Shown piece after piece: positions 60,290 to 64,000 of a stretch of DNA of 64,000 nt. Location: positions 24,986-88,985 of the IMG/VR virus record IMGVR_UViG_3300035703_000047; one strand, written 5' to 3'. The translations under genes and the position numbers were made by a program. The stretch's first letter is position 1. Each line of letters opens with the position of its first letter. The notes beneath the pieces are model-generated. The model searched no databases and was not told the DNA's origin. It saw only the letters and a list, made by a program, of their open reading frames with translations. Source of the stretch: a virus.

Positions 60290-61042
60290 TCAAATAATAC
60301 GAGTCTTCTCGTGTCCTACACGAATCTTAGGATCACACCAGATTTCAAAACCGGCTTCTTTTGCATCAAGACAGAAGGATACATCTTCTCCACACATATC
60401 TTGAACTTCACCAGAATCAAATACTTGCATCTTAGGAGCAAACCATGGATACTCAAGAGATTCAAAGACACCGTGTTTAATCAGAACCCAACCAAACCCA
60501 GTATAATCAACTGTGAATGGTTTACGACGCTTACTCATGGTCTCACCGGTTTCATGGTTCATAACTCCACCATTGTTCTTAAAGTCATCCTCTTCAAGCC
60601 AATGAGCCACAGAAGTGGTTTGTCCATCCTCAGTCATATACCAACCAGCTGCAATATCTTTATCCATTGCAACGAGACGATAAAACTTTTCAGTGTCAAA
60701 AACGATATCATTATCAATCCATAGTTGATAATCATATTTGAGTTTTCCATCCCAGGGAATTTGTTTTGGTCCACGCAAAACATTCGCTCCAAGAACCTTG
60801 CATCGTGCAAAGTTCACCATAGAAGAATAATCCTGTGAAATTTGAATACTTGCACCATTCTGGACAAGATCAAAACACAATTGAACGAAATTCTTCAAGA
60901 AAATATAAGAACATCCTCTACCAGGAAGACAAAAGATAATTGATTTACCGCGAATCATTTCCTTTGCGGCTTCAATATCAAAATCTTCTTCGTTTTTTCT
61001 TGGTGTTGGTGCTGTAGCTTTAATTGTAAATCCTTTAGACAT
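60290..61042 (-). CDS. GT-A fold glycosyltransferase-like protein
   Basis: LWIDND (DxD), TGFGWVLI, GEDVSFC, VGHEK. Confidence 0.8.
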   Translation of the reverse strand: MSKGFTIKATAPTPRKNEEDFDIEAAKEMIRGKSIIFCLPGRGCSYIFLKNFVQLCFDLVQNGASIQISQDYSSMVNFARCKVLGANVLRGPKQIPWDGKLKYDYQLWIDNDIVFDTEKFYRLVAMDKDIAAGWYMTEDGQTTSVAHWLEEDDFKNNGGVMNHETGETMSKRRKPFTVDYTGFGWVLIKHGVFESLEYPWFAPKMQVFDSGEVQDMCGEDVSFCLDAKEAGFEIWCDPKIRVGHEKTRII

Positions 61043-61065
61043 AAAATTAGAATTGCAACGTTATT

Positions 61066-61113
61066 ATTCTACCACCACAAGTCAATTCATGCAATGGTCT
61101 CTGGGTTATTTAG
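61066..61113 (-). promoter_or_regulatory. Tandem promoters: sigma70-type plus late core
   Basis: TTGCAT-N17-TAGAAT with TG extension (61066-61094) and CTAAATA (61107-61113). Confidence 0.55.
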
Positions 61114-61122
61114 AAGAAAATT

Positions 61123-61272
61123 TCAAACACATTCATCTTCAATTTTAGCTAATAAATCTTCAATTTCGTTTTTAAGTGATTGATTAATGACTAGAATTTT
61201 ATCGGTATCTAATCGATATTGAATGCAATCAATTAATAGATCCTTTTCTTGATAATCCATGTTAATTTCCAT
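61123..61272 (-). CDS. Small hypothetical protein (49 aa)
   Basis: Manual translation MEINMDYQEKDLLIDCIQYRLDTD...; alternative in-frame ATG at 61290. Confidence 0.5.
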   Translation of the reverse strand: MEINMDYQEKDLLIDCIQYRLDTDKILVINQSLKNEIEDLLAKIEDECV

Positions 61273-61316
61273 ACATTTTTTTATATTCATTTTCAAACAT
61301 TATATATCATTTTTAA

Positions 61317-61916
61317 TTATTCCCCAACATACCTAGCGATAGATCCCACATATCTACCAGGATTAATAATATTTTTTGTCACATTACTAAATGCACCTAC
61401 AGTAACATGATCGATAATACTTACGTTATTAATAGTGGAGGATTTAAATCCAAACGTACAATATTCTCCGATAAATGTTCTTCCAGCAAGTAATGTTCCA
61501 CCATGTATTACAGATCCTTTACCAATTTCACCATGATGAGGAAGTAAACAATAACACTCTATCCAACAATGATCTTTAACTTCAGAATGATATGCAGTAG
61601 TACTAAACGCGCCGATAAAGACTCCCTTACCTATCTTACAAGTATCAAAGAGTACACACGAGTCATGAACATACGTTACACAATCTAACTCTAAACGATC
61701 TACCTCATCACAGATTCTTTTTCTTAAATTCATATCCAAAGAGAATCCAACGAAATACTGGTAATCAGATTTATTTTTCAGATTCAAGAATGTCTCTGGA
61801 GTAATGATTTCAATTTGATTTTTAGTTTCGAGTAAAAACCACCTCAAAGCTCCATCAGTTAACGAAGATTCCGGATATCCAATAATTCGAATTGGTTTAT
61901 TATTTTCAATAATCAT
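61317..61916 (-). CDS. Hexapeptide-repeat sugar acetyltransferase (NeuD/PglD-like)
   Basis: Left-handed beta-helix repeats (KIGKGVFIG, EIGKGSVI, FIGEYCTFG) and GAFSNVTKNI...YVGSIAR. Confidence 0.85.
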   Translation of the reverse strand: MIIENNKPIRIIGYPESSLTDGALRWFLLETKNQIEIITPETFLNLKNKSDYQYFVGFSLDMNLRKRICDEVDRLELDCVTYVHDSCVLFDTCKIGKGVFIGAFSTTAYHSEVKDHCWIECYCLLPHHGEIGKGSVIHGGTLLAGRTFIGEYCTFGFKSSTINNVSIIDHVTVGAFSNVTKNIINPGRYVGSIARYVGE

Positions 61917-61919
61917 AAA

Positions 61920-63059
61920 TTATTTTTCAGTAAAAGTCACATTGAAATGATTTAAAGCTTCTCTAATTCTTTGACGATTAAAAAGTCTTTGATACTCACC
62001 ATCATGAACAATATTGTCCATTTTAACACAGTTATCTTCAAATCTCTTTTGATTATCATACCACAGTTCTCTAATATTTGTCGAACCGTTTAATAGATGT
62101 TGATTTCTATCGAACGCTGCTGCAAGTCTCTCAAAGTGATCTTCAATTTCATCATAACTATGATCAACAACATCTTCAAAAACATCCACGCCAAAAAAGT
62201 TTTTCATCTCTCTCGCCATTCCAACTCCGTTTATGTAAATTGGAAAATTTTTACCATAAACGGATTGCATTTCCTTTTCACTCAGAACGGGAGTTCCTTC
62301 AAAGAACGTTGTTCCGGTGATAATTTCAAGACCAATTCTTTCATAAATGGGTAATAAATTTGTATTGTAATTATATGTTACTCTTAAATCTTCTTGATTA
62401 AACTTAGGAAGTTTTAACTTATTAAAATCTTTTGATTTAAATTTTACAAGACCTCTTGCAAGATCACTTTTTAATTGATAACTAGGTGGTTTATCGATAT
62501 TTTTATATTGTTCATGTGTTACAAATATTGGACTATTCATATCAAAAGTAATTGCACCATTCTGATGGTAATCTTTTGATAACAGATAACAAACTGCCAA
62601 TACTCGATGTAATTTTGTACTTGAATTAAATGATACCCATCGATTCGTTAAATTTTTCTTTTCACAATGAATCCATTTTTCTTCAATACTTGTAGGAGCT
62701 AAATTCGTTAGATATAAATTCGGAATATCTAATCCTCTTTTATTCAATTCTCTTTGAAGATTAAAATGCGGTGAGGAAATTATAAAATTTTGTTCCGGAT
62801 GATTCTCACAAAATTCTGTTAAACCAACAATATCAGTATTATCTTCAATATCAATAATCGTATCAATAAGATTTAAAATTACAACTCGACTTTGGAAATT
62901 AATTTCATTCAAATCCTCAAAACTTGTTCCATAACCATAAGGACAAAAAACAAGTTGATAACATTCAATATCTTCGTCTACTTCATGTTCATCAAAAAAT
63001 ATTTCAAGCATCTGATTGAAAGATATGCCCGGAATTGAGGATAAGGTTTTAATTTCCAT
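61920..63059 (-). CDS. Hypothetical protein, possible GT-B/GT10-like glycosyltransferase
   Basis: SFN...HR, EIITGT...LSEK...FPI...DHSYD pattern. Confidence 0.5.
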   Translation of the reverse strand: MEIKTLSSIPGISFNQMLEIFFDEHEVDEDIECYQLVFCPYGYGTSFEDLNEINFQSRVVILNLIDTIIDIEDNTDIVGLTEFCENHPEQNFIISSPHFNLQRELNKRGLDIPNLYLTNLAPTSIEEKWIHCEKKNLTNRWVSFNSSTKLHRVLAVCYLLSKDYHQNGAITFDMNSPIFVTHEQYKNIDKPPSYQLKSDLARGLVKFKSKDFNKLKLPKFNQEDLRVTYNYNTNLLPIYERIGLEIITGTTFFEGTPVLSEKEMQSVYGKNFPIYINGVGMAREMKNFFGVDVFEDVVDHSYDEIEDHFERLAAAFDRNQHLLNGSTNIRELWYDNQKRFEDNCVKMDNIVHDGEYQRLFNRQRIREALNHFNVTFTEK

Positions 63060-63060
63060 C

Positions 63061-63651
63061 TTAGTTAAAATACTTTTGGTAAATTTCTTCTTCGTTTGAT
63101 AATCTCATTGTAAGTAAAATTCTTGGTAACTTATCACTTATCACATCAACACCATGAATCTCTTTTACACTATTTAATGTTGGAACATCCAAAACATATC
63201 GATCAACTTCATAGACATCATTCGGATCATACTGATGACCATTTACACCAGACTTAAATGAATGATGTACTGATTCTATATTTTCTCTTTTTGATTTATA
63301 ATAAACAGTCTCTGCACTTGTCTCATTTAATATAGGCCAATGCAATCGAATTCTCCTTTTAATTGAATTATCACCATCTGTATGAAGTGCAATTGCTCTA
63401 ACTTCATCAATGTATACAAAAGACATGTAAGGTACTTCACTTCCAAGTTCTTTTTGAATACATTCAAATAACTCAGGAATATCTTCTTTGAATTTTTTCA
63501 GATCCTCATCAGATATAAAGTTAAAAGAAACTTTCTCAGAAAATTTTTCCTCAGAAGCCCTTACATCTTCAGTTACAAATTTTGTAATGTAAGGAACTAC
63601 TTTTTGTTGTACTTTTTTAAAATCATCAATATCAAGTTTCTTATAATACAT
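63061..63651 (-). CDS. Putative 2OG-Fe(II) dioxygenase-like protein
   Basis: LHTD...IHGV...PRILLT (HxD...H...R). Confidence 0.6.
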   Translation of the reverse strand: MYYKKLDIDDFKKVQQKVVPYITKFVTEDVRASEEKFSEKVSFNFISDEDLKKFKEDIPELFECIQKELGSEVPYMSFVYIDEVRAIALHTDGDNSIKRRIRLHWPILNETSAETVYYKSKRENIESVHHSFKSGVNGHQYDPNDVYEVDRYVLDVPTLNSVKEIHGVDVISDKLPRILLTMRLSNEEEIYQKYFN

Positions 63652-63670
63652 TTCAATCGACTTAAAAAAG

Positions 63671-63677
63671 TATTTAT
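63671..63677 (-). promoter_or_regulatory. Late promoter (ATAAATA) heading the modification cluster
   Basis: About 20 nt upstream of ATG 63651. Confidence 0.6.
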
Positions 63678-63864
63678 GGCCATCAAAAAAATTTTTGAGT
63701 GTGGAAGGCTTTTCGAGCGCTTTTTGGGGTCGTTATAGATTAGGGTAGTGAGCGTTTTTTCTTTTAGGGGGCCACCGCGCCCCCGCGCTATACATAAGAC
63801 CGCACATATAACTGCTCAAACTGTCATAAGACCACGAACACCGCTGCTCTTTGAATTCGTATTC

Positions 63865-63904
63865 GTGTCCCCTCCAATGACACATAAGCCTTCAGAGGGG
63901 ACAC
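63865..63904. repeat. Perfect 10-bp inverted repeat
   Basis: GTGTCCCCTC (63865-63874) / GAGGGGACAC (63895-63904), 20-nt loop. Confidence 0.8.
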
Positions 63905-63916
63905 ACACCGAACACC

Positions 63917-64000
63917 TCAGCCACTGGTCTTGAAATACGCAGCGGCATTGCCCTCGATCACAGCGTTCTGTGCATGTGTGGCATGTCCGCTGTAGGACTG
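63917..64000 (-). CDS. C-terminus of an ORF entering from beyond the window
   Basis: ...QSYSGHATHAQNAVIEGNAAAYFKTSG-TGA, followed by the inverted repeat; only 27 codons visible. Confidence 0.35.
   Translation of the reverse strand, partial: QSYSGHATHAQNAVIEGNAAAYFKTSG

Noticed and set aside
63780-63916. Mini-CRISPR array
   Set aside because: Repeats are only 8-9 bp and irregularly spaced; no cas genes.
63748-63933. 61-aa plus-strand ORF
   Set aside because: GTG start, opposite to local gene orientation, and overlaps repeats and a hairpin.
1-64000. Alternative genetic code, tRNA genes, or a diversity-generating retroelement
   Set aside because: Core genes translate full-length in code 11 using all three stops; no cloverleaf, reverse transcriptase or template/variable repeat pair was seen by eye.

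Overview
A 64-kb segment of a T4-like cyanomyophage (Kyanoviridae-type; a freshwater picocyanobacterial host is my inference). Almost all genes are on the minus strand. In transcription order (high to low coordinates) the window holds a GC-richer non-coding boundary, an accessory modification cluster (2OG-Fe(II)-like, GT-like, hexapeptide acetyltransferase, GT-A), the baseplate and virion module (g25, g6, a 4261-aa g7, g8, a 2500-aa DUF4815/VrlC-like protein), neck/terminase/tail/head genes (g13-g23), g3, uvsY, uvsW, g55, g47, g46, and a CobT-like/CobS-like VWA-AAA+ pair split by a ~4-kb late-promoter-driven insert. No tRNA, rRNA, CRISPR array, intron or intein was recognised. The strongest unexplained signal is a complete candidate -1 programmed ribosomal frameshift cassette at 4749-4786 (internal GGAGG, 10 nt, G_GGA_AAG, early UGA, 3' hairpin) joining two halves of a putative head-packaged protein. 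Other highlights are an NblA-like 58-aa ORF missing from the ORF track, a shared quasi-palindromic upstream box at identical spacing before cobS and cobT, a divergent antisense promoter at g55, a candidate pseudoknot/SD-sequestering RNA leader, and a hydroxylase-GT-SAM-like fusion enzyme. All family assignments come from motif recognition and gene order; no database searches were run.
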